Assembly: GCA_964057225.1 (NCBI GenBank)
Contig: OZ059897.1
Coordinates: forward strand, 930,001 to 994,000
Direction: 5' to 3'
DNA: 64,000 nucleotides
From: Auanema rhodensis
Lineage: Eukaryota; Animalia; Nematoda
This document shows positions 39,758 through 53,059 of the stretch, in pieces (position 1 is the first letter of the stretch; every line of letters begins with the position of its first letter). The notes under the pieces are model-generated. The model did no database searches, was not told where the DNA came from, and saw only the letters and a program-made list of their open reading frames with translations. A program made the translations under genes and the position numbers.

Positions 39758-41512
39758 GTGAACTTATATCAGTTGATATCTCGGTGCATTTTTAAGCTAG
39801 CGCAAATCTAATAACACAGATCGACGCAGCTTAAAAATCCGCTTCGAATGCACTATACTACATTGAGAAACGCTCAATACAAAAATTATTTATGATTGTT
39901 TGAAAAATGATGCATCAGTGTATGTTGCGTTTCCATGTACACTCAACATTGCTTCCAAAAACATTTTGACAAAAATTTTCCCGAAAAATTTCAAGATAAT
40001 TTTACAAAAAGTAGATGTTTTTGAATTTTTTTTTTTTAGGCGAAGACGATGGACAATGCTATTCAAAGAAAAAATTAATTCTTCAGGGTGAGAATCGAGG
40101 ATATAAGTGTGAACTTATATCAGTTGATATCTCGGTGCACTTTTAAGCTAACTCAAATCTGATAACACAGATCGACGCAGCTTAAAAATCCGCATCGAAT
40201 GCACTATACTACATGGATAAACGCTCAATACAACAATTATTTATGATTGTTTGAAAAAAGATGCATTAGTGTATGTTGAGTTTCCATGTACACTCAACAT
40301 TGCTTCCAAAAACATTTTGACAAAAATTTTCCCGAAAAATTTCAAGATAATTTTACAAAAAGTAGATGTTTTTGAATTTCTTTTTTTAAGGCGAAAACGA
40401 TGGACAATGTTATTCAACGAAAAAATTAATTCTTCAGGGTGAAAATCGAGGATATAAGTGTGAACTTATATCAATTGATATCTCGGTGCATTTTTAAGCT
40501 AACTCAAATCTGATAACACAGATCGACGCAGCTTAAAAATCCGTTTCGAATGCACTATACTACATTGAGAAACGCTCAATACAAAAATTATTTATGATTG
40601 TTTGAAAAAAGATGCATTAGTGTATGTTGAGTTTCCATGTACACTCAACATTGCTTCCAAAAACATTTTGACAAAAATTTTCCCGAAAAATTTCAAGATA
40701 ATTTTACAAAAAGTAGATGTTTTTGAATTTCTTTTTTTAAGGCGAAAACGATGGACAGTGTTATTCAACGAAAAAATTAATTCTTCAGGGTGAAAATCGA
40801 GGATATAAGTGTGGACTTATATCAGTTGATATCTCGGTGCATTTTTAAGCTAGCGCAAATCTAATAACACAGATCGACGCAGCTCAAAAATCCGCATCGA
40901 ATGCACTATACTACATTGAGAAACGCTCAATACAAAAATTATTTATGATTGTTTGAAAAAAGATGCATTAGTGTATGTTGAGTTTCCATGTACACTCAAC
41001 ATTGCTTCCAAAAACATTTTGACAAAAATTTTCCCGAAAAATTTCAAGATAATTTTACAAAAACTAGATGTTTTTAGATTCCTTTTTTTAAGGCGAAGAC
41101 GATGGACAATGTTATTCAACGAAAAAATTAATTCTTCAGGGTGAAAATCGAGGATATAAGTGTGAACTTATATCAGTTGATATCTCGGTGCATTTTTAAG
41201 CTAGCGCAAATCTAATAACAAAGATCGACGCAGCTTAAAAATCCGTTTCGAATGCACTATACTACATTGAGAAACGCTCAATACAAAAATTATTTATGAT
41301 TGTTTGAAAAAAGATGCATTAGTGTATGTTGAGTTTCCATGTACACTCAACATTGCTTCCAAAAACATTTTGACAAAAATTTTCCCGAAAAATTTCAAGA
41401 TAATTTTACAAAAACTAGATGTTTTTAGATTTCTTTTCTTAAGGCGAAGACGATGGACAATGCTATTCAACGAAAAAATTAATTCTTCAGGGTGAAAATC
41501 GAGGATATAAGT
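38003..41512 (+). repeat. Satellite B 5-mer HOR (1755 bp), two copies, derived from the end of the 13-mer
   Basis: DASV 38145/39900 and WTVL 38847/40602 are each 1755 bp apart. Confidence 0.9.
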
Positions 41513-44500
41513 GTGAACTTATATCAGTTGATATCTCGGTGCACTTTTAAGCTAACTCAAATCTGATAACACAGATCGACGCAGCTTAAAAATCCGCATC
41601 GAATGCACTATACTACATTGAGAAACGCTCAATACAAAAATTAGTTATGATCGTTTGAAAAATGATGCATTAGTATATGTTGAGTTTCCATGTACACTCA
41701 ACATTGCTTCCAAAAACATTTTGACAAAAATTTTCCCGAAAAATTTCAAGATAATTTTACAAAAAGTAGATGTTTTTGAATTTCTTTTTTTAAGGCGAAA
41801 ACGATGGACAATGTTATTCAACGAAAAAATTAATTCTTCAGGGTGAAAATCGAGGATATAAGTGTGAACTTATATCAGTTGATATCTCGGTGCACTTTTA
41901 AGCTAACTCAAATCTGATAACACAGATCGACGCAGCTTAAAAATCCGCATCGAATGCACTATACTACATGGATAAACGCTCAATACAACAATTATTTATG
42001 ATTGTTTGAAAAAAGATGCATTAGTGTGTGTTGAGTTTCCATGTACACTCAACATTGCTTCCAAAAACATTTTGACAAAAATTTTCCCGAAAAATTTCAA
42101 GATAATTTTACAAAAACTAGATGTTTTTAGATTCCTTTTTTTAAGGCAAAGACGATGGACAATGTTATTCAACGAAAAAATTAATTCTTCAGGGTGAAAA
42201 TCGAGGATATAAGTGTGAACTTATATCAGTTGATATCTCAGTGCATTTTTAAGCTAGCGCAAATCTGATAACACAGATCGACGCAGCTTAAAAATCCGCA
42301 TCGAATGCACTAAACTACATTGAGAAACGCTCAATACAAAAATTAGTTATGATCGTTTGAAAAATGATGCATTAGTGTATGTTGAGTTTCCATGTACACT
42401 CAACATTGCTTCCAAAAACATTTTGACAAATATTTTCCCGAAAAATTTCAAGATAATTTTACAAAAACTAGATGTTTTTAGATTCCTTTTTTTAAGGCGA
42501 AGACGATGGACAATGTTATTCAACGAAAAAATTAATTCTTCAGGGTGAAAATCGAGGATATAAGTGTGAACTTATATCAGTTGATATCTCAGTGCATTTT
42601 TAAGCTAGCGCAAATCTGATAACACAGATCGACGCAGCTTAAAAATCCGTTTCGAATGCACTATACTACCTTGAGAAACGCTCAATACAAAAATTATTTA
42701 TGATTGTTTGAAAAAAGATGCATTAGTGTATGTTGAGTTTCCATGTACACTCAACATTGCTTCCAAAAACATTTTGACAAAAATTTTCCCGAAAAATTTC
42801 AAGATAATTTTACAAAAAGTAGATGTTTTTGAATTTCTTTTTTTAAGGCAAAAACGATGGACAATGTTATTCAACGAAAAAATTAATTCTTCAGGGTGAA
42901 AATCGAGGATATAAGTGTGAACTTATATCAGTTGATATCTCGGTGCACTTTTAAGCTAACTCAAATCTGATAACACAGATCGACGCAGCTTAAAAATCCG
43001 CATCGAATGCACTATACTACATGGATAAACGCTCAATACAACAATTATTTATGATTGTTTGAAAAAAGATGCATTAGTGTGTGTTGAGTTTCCATGTACA
43101 CTCAACATTGCTTCCAAAAACATTTTGACAAAAATTTTCCCGAAAAATTTCAAGATAATTTTACAAAAACTAGATGTTTTTAGATTCCTTTTTTTAAGGC
43201 GAAGACGATGGACAATGTTATTCAACGAAAAAATTAATTCTTCAGGGTGAAAATCGAGGATATAAGTGTGAACTTATATCAGTTGATATCTCAGTGCATT
43301 TTTAAGCTAGCGCAAATCTGATAACACAGATCGACGCAGCTTAAAAATCCGCATCGAATGCACTAAACTACATTGAGAAACGCTCAATACAAAAATTAGT
43401 TATGATCGTTTGAAAAATGATGCATTAGTGTATGTTGAGTTTCCATGTACACTCAACATTGCTTCCAAAAACATTTTGACAAATATTTTCCCGAAAAATT
43501 TCAAGATAATTTTACAAAAACTAGATGTTTTTAGATTCCTTTTTTTAAGGCGAAGACGATGGACAATGTTATTCAACGAAAAAATTAATTCTTCAGGGTG
43601 AAAATCGAGGATATAAGTGTGAACTTATATCAGTTGATATCTCAGTGCATTTTTAAGCTAGCGCAAATCTGATAACACAGATCGACGCAGCTTAAAAATC
43701 CGCATCGAATGCACTATACTACATTGAAAAACGCTCAATACAAAAATTAGTTATGATCGTTTGAAAAATGATGCATTAGTGTATGTTGAGTTTCCATGTA
43801 CACTCAACATTGCTTCCAAAAACATTTTGACAAATATTTTCCCGAAAAATTTCAAGATAATTTTACAAAAAGTAGATGTTTTTGAATTTCTTTTTTTAAG
43901 GCGAAAACGATGGACAATGTTATTCAACGAAAAAATTGAATCTTCGGGGTGAAAATCGAGGATATAAGTGTGAACTTATATCAGTTGATATCTCGGTGCA
44001 TTTTTAAGCTAACTCACATCTGATAACACAGATCGACGCAGCTTAAAAATCCGCATCGAATGCACTAAACTACATTGAGAAACGCTCAATACAAAAATTA
44101 TTTATGATTGTTTGAAAAAAGATGCATTAGTGTATGTTGAGTTTCCATGTACACTCAACATTGCTTCCAAAAACATTTTGACAAAAATTTTCCCGAAAAA
44201 TTTCAAGATAATTTTACAGAAACTAGATGTTTTTAGATTCCTTTTTTTAAGGCAAAGACGATGGACAATGTTATTCAACAAAAAAATTAATTCATCAGGG
44301 TGAAAATCGAGGATATAAGTGTGAACTTATATCAGTTGATATCTCGGTGAATTTTTAAGCTAACTCAAATCTGATAACACAGATCGACGCAGCTTAAAAA
44401 TCCGTTTCGAATGCACTATACTACATTGAGAAACGCTCAATACGAAAATTATTTATGATTGTTTGAAAAATGATGCATTAGTGTATGTTGCGTTTCCATG

Positions 44501-47500
44501 TACACTCAACATTGCTTCCAAAAACATTTTGACAAAAATTTTCCCGAAAAATTTCAAGATAATTTTACAAAAACTAGATGTTCTTAGATTCCTTCTCTTA
44601 AGGCGAAGACGATGGACAATGTTATTCAACGAAAAAATTAATTCTTCAGGGTGAAAATCGAGGATATAAGTGTGAACTTATATCAGTTGATATCTCGGTG
44701 CATTTTTAAGCTAGCGCAAATCTGATAACACAGATCGACGCAGCTTAAAAATCCGCATCGAATGCACTATACTACATTGAGAAACGCTCAATACAAAAAT
44801 TAGTTATGATCGTTTGAAAAATGATGCATTAGTATATGTTGAGTTTCCATGTACACTCAACATTGCTTCCAAAAACATTTTGACAAAAATTTTCCCGAAA
44901 AATTTCAAGATAATTTTACAAAAACTAGATGTTCTTAGATTCCTTCTCTTAAGGCGAAGACGATGGACAATGTTATTCAACGAAAAAATTAATTCTTCAG
45001 GGTGAAAATCGAGGATATAAGTGTGAACTTATATCAGTTGATATCTCGGTGCATTTTTAAGCTAGCGCAAATCTGATAACACAGATCGACGCAGCTTAAA
45101 AATCCGCATCGAATGCACTATACTACATTGAGAAACGCTCAATACAAAAATTAGTTATGATCGTTTGAAAAATGATGCATTAGTATATGTTGAGTTTCCA
45201 TGTACACTCAACATTGCTTCCAAAAACATTTTGACAAAAATTTTCCCGAAAAATTTCAAGATAATTTTACAAAAACTAGATGTTTTTAGATTTCTTTTCT
45301 TAAGGCGAAGACGATGGACAATGCTATTCAACGAAAAAATTAATTCTTCAGGGTGAAAATCGAGGATATAAGTGTGAACTTATATCAGTTGATATCTCGG
45401 TGCACTTTTAAGCTAACTCAAATCTGATAACACAGATCGACGCAGCTTAAAAATCCGCATCGAATGCACTATACTACATTGAGAAACGCTCAATACAAAA
45501 ATTAGTTATGATCGTTTGAAAAATGATGCATTAGTATATGTTGAGTTTCCATGTACACTCAACATTGCTTCCAAAAACATTTTGACAAAAATTTTCCCGA
45601 AAAATTTCAAGATAATTTTACAAAAAGTAGATGTTTTTGAATTTCTTTTTTTAAGGCGAAAACGATGGACAATGTTATTCAACGAAAAAATTAATTCTTC
45701 AGGGTGAAAATCGAGGATATAAGTGTGAACTTATATCAGTTGATATCTCGGTGCACTTTTAAGCTAACTCAAATCTGATAACACAGATCGACGCAGCTTA
45801 AAAATCCGCATCGAATGCACTATACTACATGGATAAACGCTCAATACAACAATTATTTATGATTGTTTGAAAAAAGATGCATTAGTGTGTGTTGAGTTTC
45901 CATGTACACTCAACATTGCTTCCAAAAACATTTTGACAAAAATTTTCCCGAAAAATTTCAAGATAATTTTACAAAAACTAGATGTTTTTAGATTCCTTTT
46001 TTTAAGGCGAAGACGATGGACAATGTTATTCAACGAAAAAATTAATTCTTCAGGGTGAAAATCGAGGATATAAGTGTGAACTTATATCAGTTGATATCTC
46101 AGTGCATTTTTAAGCTAGCGCAAATCTGATAACACAGATCGACGCAGCTTAAAAATCCGCATCGAATGCACTAAACTACATTGAGAAACGCTCAATACAA
46201 AAATTAGTTATGATCGTTTGAAAAATGATGCATTAGTGTATGTTGAGTTTCCATGTACACTCAACATTGCTTCCAAAAACATTTTGACAAATATTTTCCC
46301 GAAAAATTTCAAGATAATTTTACAAAAACTAGATGTTTTTAGATTCCTTTTTTTAAGGCGAAGACGATGGACAATGTTATTCAACGAAAAAATTAATTCT
46401 TCAGGGTGAAAATCGAGGATATAAGTGTGAACTTATATCAGTTGATATCTCAGTGCATTTTTAAGCTAGCGCAAATCTGATAACACAGATCGACGCAGCT
46501 TAAAAATCCGTTTCGAATGCACTATACTACCTTGAGAAACGCTCAATACAAAAATTATTTATGATTGTTTGAAAAAAGATGCATTAGTGTATGTTGAGTT
46601 TCCATGTACACTCAACATTGCTTCCAAAAACATTTTGACAAAAATTTTCCCGAAAAATTTCAAGATAATTTTACAAAAAGTAGATGTTTTTGAATTTCTT
46701 TTTTTAAGGCGAAAACGATGGACAATGTTATTCAACGAAAAAATTAATTCTTCAGGGTGAAAATCGAGGATATAAGTGTGAACTTATATCAGTTGATATC
46801 TCGGTGCACTTTTAAGCTAACTCAAATCTGATAACACAGATCGACGCAGCTTAAAAATCCGCATCGAATGCACTATACTACATGGATAAACGCTCAATAC
46901 AACAATTATTTATGATTGTTTGAAAAAAGATGCATTAGTGTGTGTTGAGTTTCCATGTACACTCAACATTGCTTCCAAAAACATTTTGACAAAAATTTTC
47001 CCGAAAAATTTCAAGATAATTTTACAAAAACTAGATGTTTTTAGATTCCTTTTTTTAAGGCGAAGACGATGGACAATGTTATTCAACGAAAAAATTAATT
47101 CTTCAGGGTGAAAATCGAGGATATAAGTGTGAACTTATATCAGTTGATATCTCAGTGCATTTTTAAGCTAGCGCAAATCTGATAACACAGATCGACGCAG
47201 CTTAAAAATCCGCATCGAATGCACTAAACTACATTGAGAAACGCTCAATACAAAAATTAGTTATGATCGTTTGAAAAATGATGCATTAGTGTATGTTGAG
47301 TTTCCATGTACACTCAACATTGCTTCCAAAAACATTTTGACAAATATTTTCCCGAAAAATTTCAAGATAATTTTACAAAAACTAGATGTTTTTAGATTCC
47401 TTTTTTTAAGGCGAAGACGATGGACAATGTTATTCAACGAAAAAATTAATTCTTCAGGGTGAAAATCGAGGATATAAGTGTGAACTTATATCAGTTGATA

Positions 47501-50500
47501 TCTCAGTGCATTTTTAAGCTAGCGCAAATCTGATAACACAGATCGACGCAGCTTAAAAATCCGCATCGAATGCACTATACTACATTGAAAAACGCTCAAT
47601 ACAAAAATTAGTTATGATCGTTTGAAAAATGATGCATTAGTGTATGTTGAGTTTCCATGTACACTCAACATTGCTTCCAAAAACATTTTGACAAATATTT
47701 TCCCGAAAAATTTCAAGATAATTTTACAAAAAGTAGATGTTTTTGAATTTCTTTTTTTAAGGCGAAAACGATGGACAATGTTATTCAACGAAAAAATTGA
47801 ATCTTCGGGGTGAAAATCGAGGATATAAGTGTGAACTTATATCAGTTGATATCTCGGTGCATTTTTAAGCTAACTCACATCTGATAACACAGATCGACGC
47901 AGCTTAAAAATCCGCATCGAATGCACTAAACTACATTGAGAAACGCTCAATACAAAAATTATTTATGATTGTTTGAAAAAAGATGCATTAGTGTATGTTG
48001 AGTTTCCATGTACACTCAACATTGCTTCCAAAAACATTTTGACAAAAATTTTCCCGAAAAATTTCAAGATAATTTTACAGAAACTAGATGTTTTTAGATT
48101 CCTTTTTTCAAGGCAAAGACGATGGACAATGTTATTCAACAAAAAAATTAATTCTTCAGGGTGAAAATCGAGGATATAAGTGTGAACTTATATCAGTTGA
48201 TATCTCGGTGAATTTTTAAGCTAACTCAAATCTGATAACACAGATCGACGCAGCTTAAAAATCCGTTTCGAATGCACTATACTACATTGAGAAACGCTCA
48301 ATACGAAAATTATTTATGATTGTTTGAAAAATGATGCATTAGTGTATGTTGCGTTTCCATGTACACTCAACATTGCTTCCAAAAACATTTTGACAAAAAT
48401 TTTCCCGAAAAATTTCAAGATAATTTTACAAAAACTAGATGTTCTTAGATTCCTTCTCTTAAGGCGAAGACGATGGACAATGTTATTCAACGAAAAAATT
48501 AATTCTTCAGGGTGAAAATCGAGGATATAAGTGTGAACTTATATCAGTTGATATCTCGGTGCATTTTTAAGCTAGCGCAAATCTGATAACACAGATCGAC
48601 GCAGCTTAAAAATCCGCATCGAATGCACTATACTACATTGAGAAACGCTCAATACAAAAATTAGTTATGATCGTTTGAAAAATGATGCATTAGTATATGT
48701 TGAGTTTCCATGTACACTCAACATTGCTTCCAAAAACATTTTGACAAAAATTTTCCCGAAAAATTTCAAGATAATTTTACAAAAACTAGATGTTCTTAGA
48801 TTCCTTCTCTTAAGGCGAAGACGATGGACAATGTTATTCAACGAAAAAATTAATTCTTCAGGGTGAAAATCGAGGATATAAGTGTGAACTTATATCAGTT
48901 GATATCTCGGTGCATTTTTAAGCTAGCGCAAATCTGATAACACAGATCGACGCAGCTTAAAAATCCGCATCGAATGCACTATACTACATTGAGAAACGCT
49001 CAATACAAAAATTAGTTATGATCGTTTGAAAAATGATGCATTAGTATATGTTGAGTTTCCATGTACACTCAACATTGCTTCCAAAAACATTTTGACAAAA
49101 ATTTTCCCGAAAAATTTCAAGATAATTTTACAAAAACTAGATGTTTTTAGATTTCTTTTCTTAAGGCGAAGACGATGGACAATGCTATTCAACGAAAAAA
49201 TTAATTCTTCAGGGTGAAAATCGAGGATATAAGTGTGAACTTATATCAGTTGATATCTCGGTGCACTTTTAAGCTAACTCAAATCTGATAACACAGATCG
49301 ACGCAGCTTAAAAATCCGCATCGAATGCACTATACTACATTGAGAAACGCTCAATACAAAAATTAGTTATGATCGTTTGAAAAATGATGCATTAGTATAT
49401 GTTGAGTTTCCATGTACACTCAACATTGCTTCCAAAAACATTTTGACAAAAATTTTCCCGAAAAATTTCAAGATAATTTTACAAAAAGTAGATGTTTTTG
49501 AATTTCTTTTTTTAAGGCGAAAACGATGGACAATGTTATTCAACGAAAAAATTAATTCTTCAGGGTGAAAATCAAGGATATAAGTGTGAACTTATATCAG
49601 TTGATATCTCGGTGCACTTTTAAGCTAACTCAAATCTGATAACACAGATCGACGCAGCTTAAAAATCCGCATCGAATGCACTATACTACATGGATAAACG
49701 CTCAATACAACAATTATTTATGATTGTTTGAAAAAAGATGCATTAGTGTGTGTTGAGTTTCCATGTACACTCAACATTGCTTCCAAAAACATTTTGACAA
49801 AAATTTTCCCGAAAAATTTCAAGATAATTTTACAAAAACTAGATGTTTTTAGATTCCTTTTTTTAAGGCGAAGACGATGGACAATGTTATTCAACGAAAA
49901 AATTAATTCTTCAGGGTGAAAATCGAGGATATAAGTGTGAACTTATATCAGTTGATATCTCAGTGCATTTTTAAGCTAGCGCAAATCTGATAACACAGAT
50001 CGACGCAGCTTAAAAATCCGCATCGAATGCACTAAACTACATTGAGAAACGCTCAATACAAAAATTAGTTATGATCGTTTGAAAAATGATGCATTAGTGT
50101 ATGTTGAGTTTCCATGTACACTCAACATTGCTTCCAAAAACATTTTGACAAATATTTTCCCGAAAAATTTCAAGATAATTTTACAAAAACTAGATGTTTT
50201 TAGATTCCTTTTTTTAAGGCGAAGACGATGGACAATGTTATTCAACGAAAAAATTAATTCTTCAGGGTGAAAATCGAGGATATAAGTGTGAACTTATATC
50301 AGTTGATATCTCAGTGCATTTTTAAGCTAGCGCAAATCTGATAACACAGATCGACGCAGCTTAAAAATCCGTTTCGAATGCACTATACTACCTTGAGAAA
50401 CGCTCAATACAAAAATTGTTTATGATTGTTTGAAAAAAGATGCATTAGTGTATGTTGAGTTTCCATGTACACTCAACATTGCTTCCAAAAACATTTTGAC

Positions 50501-52042
50501 AAAAATTTTCCCGAAAAATTTCAAGATAATTTTACAAAAAGTAGATGTTTTTGAATTTCTTTTTTTAAGGCGAAAACGATGGACAATGTTATTCAACGAA
50601 AAAATTAATTCTTCAGGGTGAAAATCGAGGATATAAGTGTGAACTTATATCAGTTGATATCTCGGTGCACTTTTAAGCTAACTCAAATCTGATAACACAG
50701 ATCGACGCAGCTTAAAAATCCGCATCGAATGCACTATACTACATGGATAAACGCTCAATACAACAATTATTTATGATTGTTTGAAAAAAGATGCATTAGT
50801 GTGTGTTGAGTTTCCATGTACACTCAACATTGCTTCCAAAAACATTTTGACAAAAATTTTCCCGAAAAATTTCAAGATAATTTTACAAAAACTAGATGTT
50901 TTTAGATTCCTTTTTTTAAGGCGAAGACGATGGACAATGTTATTCAACGAAAAAATTAATTCTTCAGGGTGAAAATCGAGGATATAAGTGTGAACTTATA
51001 TCAGTTGATATCTCAGTGCATTTTTAAGCTAGCGCAAATCTGATAACACAGATCGACGCAGCTTAAAAATCCGCATCGAATGCACTAAACTACATTGAGA
51101 AACGCTCAATACAAAAATTAGTTATGATCGTTTGAAAAATGATGCATTAGTGTATGTTGAGTTTCCATGTACACTCAACATTGCTTCCAAAAACATTTTG
51201 ACAAATATTTTCCCGAAAAATTTCAAGATAATTTTACAAAAACTAGATGTTTTTAGATTCCTTTTTTTAAGGCGAAGACGATGGACAATGTTATTCAACG
51301 AAAAAATTAATTCTTCAGGGTGAAAATCGAGGATATAAGTGTGAACTTATATCAGTTGATATCTCAGTGCATTTTTAAGCTAGCGCAAATCTGATAACAC
51401 AGATCGACGCAGCTTAAAAATCCGCATCGAATGCACTATACTACATTGAAAAACGCTCAATACAAAAATTAGTTATGATCGTTTGAAAAATGATGCATTA
51501 GTGTATGTTGAGTTTCCATGTACACTCAACATTGCTTCCAAAAACATTTTGACAAATATTTTCCCGAAAAATTTCAAGATAATTTTACAAAAAGTAGATG
51601 TTTTTGAATTTCTTTTTTTAAGGCGAAAACGATGGACAATGTTATTCAACGAAAAAATTGAATCTTCGGGGTGAAAATCGAGGATATAAGTGTGAACTTA
51701 TATCAGTTGATATCTCGGTGCATTTTTAAGCTAACTCACATCTGATAACACAGATCGACGCAGCTTAAAAATCCGCATCGAATGCACTAAACTACATTGA
51801 GAAACGCTCAATACAAAAATTATTTATGATTGTTTGAAAAAAGATGCATTAGTGTATGTTGAGTTTCCATGTACACTCAACATTGCTTCCAAAAACATTT
51901 TGACAAAAATTTTCCCGAAAAATTTCAAGATAATTTTACAGAAACTAGATGTTTTTAGATTCCTTTTTTCAAGGCAAAGACGATGGACAATGTTATTCAA
52001 CAAAAAAATTAATTCTTCAGGGTGAAAATCGAGGATATAAGT
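41513..52042 (+). repeat. Satellite B 11-mer HOR (3861 bp), about 2.7 copies, with an internal 3-mer duplication
   Basis: The IESSG variant occurs at 43761, 47622 and 51483 (spacing 3861). The VCVE variant occurs in pairs 1053 bp apart: 42006/43059, 45867/46920, 49728/50781. Confidence 0.92.
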
Positions 52043-52744
52043 GTGAACTTATATCAGTTGATATCTCGGTGCATTTTTAAGCTAGCGCAAATCTGATAAC
52101 ACAGATCGACGCCGCTCAAAAATACGCATCGAATGCACTATACTACATTGAGAAAGGCTTAATACGAAAATTATTTATGATTGTTTGAAAAATGATGCAT
52201 TAGTATATGTTGAGTTTCCATGTACACTAAACATTGCTTCCAAAAACATTTTGACAAAAATTTTCCCGAAAAATTTCAGGATAATTTTACAGAAAGTAAA
52301 TGTTTTTAGATTCCTTTTTTTAAGGCGAAGACGATGGACAATGTTATTCAACGAAAAAATTAATTCTTCAGGGTGAAAATCGAGGATATAAGTGTGAACT
52401 TATATCAGTTGATATCTCGGTGCATTTTTAAGCTAGCGCAAATCTAATAACACAGATCGACGCAGCTTAAAAATCCGCATCGAATGCACTATATAACATT
52501 GAGAAACGCTCAATACAAAAATTATTTATGATTGTTTGAAAAATGATGCATTAGTGTATGTTGAGTTTCCATGTACACTCAACATTGCTTCCAAAAACAT
52601 TTTGACAAAAATTTTCCCGAAAAATTTCAAGATAATTTTACAAAAAGTAGATGTTTTTAGATTTCTTTTTTTAAGGCAAAGACGATGGACAATGTTATTC
52701 AACGAAAAAATTGATTCTTCAGGGTGAAAATCGAGGATATAAGT

Positions 52745-53059
52745 GTGAACTTATATCAGTTGATATATCGGTGCATTTTTGAGCTAGCGCAAATCTGATA
52801 ACACAGATCGACGCAGCTTAAAAATCCGCATCGAATGCACTATCCTACATTGAGAAACGCTTAATACAAAAATTAGTTATGCTCGTTTGAAAAATGATTC
52901 ATTAGTGTATGTTGAGTTTCCATGTACACTCAACATTGCATCCCAAAACATTTTGACGTTTTTAGATGTTTTTAGATTCCTTTTTTTAAGGCGAAGACGA
53001 TGGACAATGTTATTCAACGAAAAAATTAATTCTTCAGGGTGAAAATCGAGGATATAAGT
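52745..53059 (+). repeat. 315 bp deletion variant of monomer B (copy 1)
   Basis: 41 bp after ttttgac are replaced by gtttt, producing gtttttagat twice (52958-52977). ORF spacing is 666 = 702 - 36. Confidence 0.93.
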
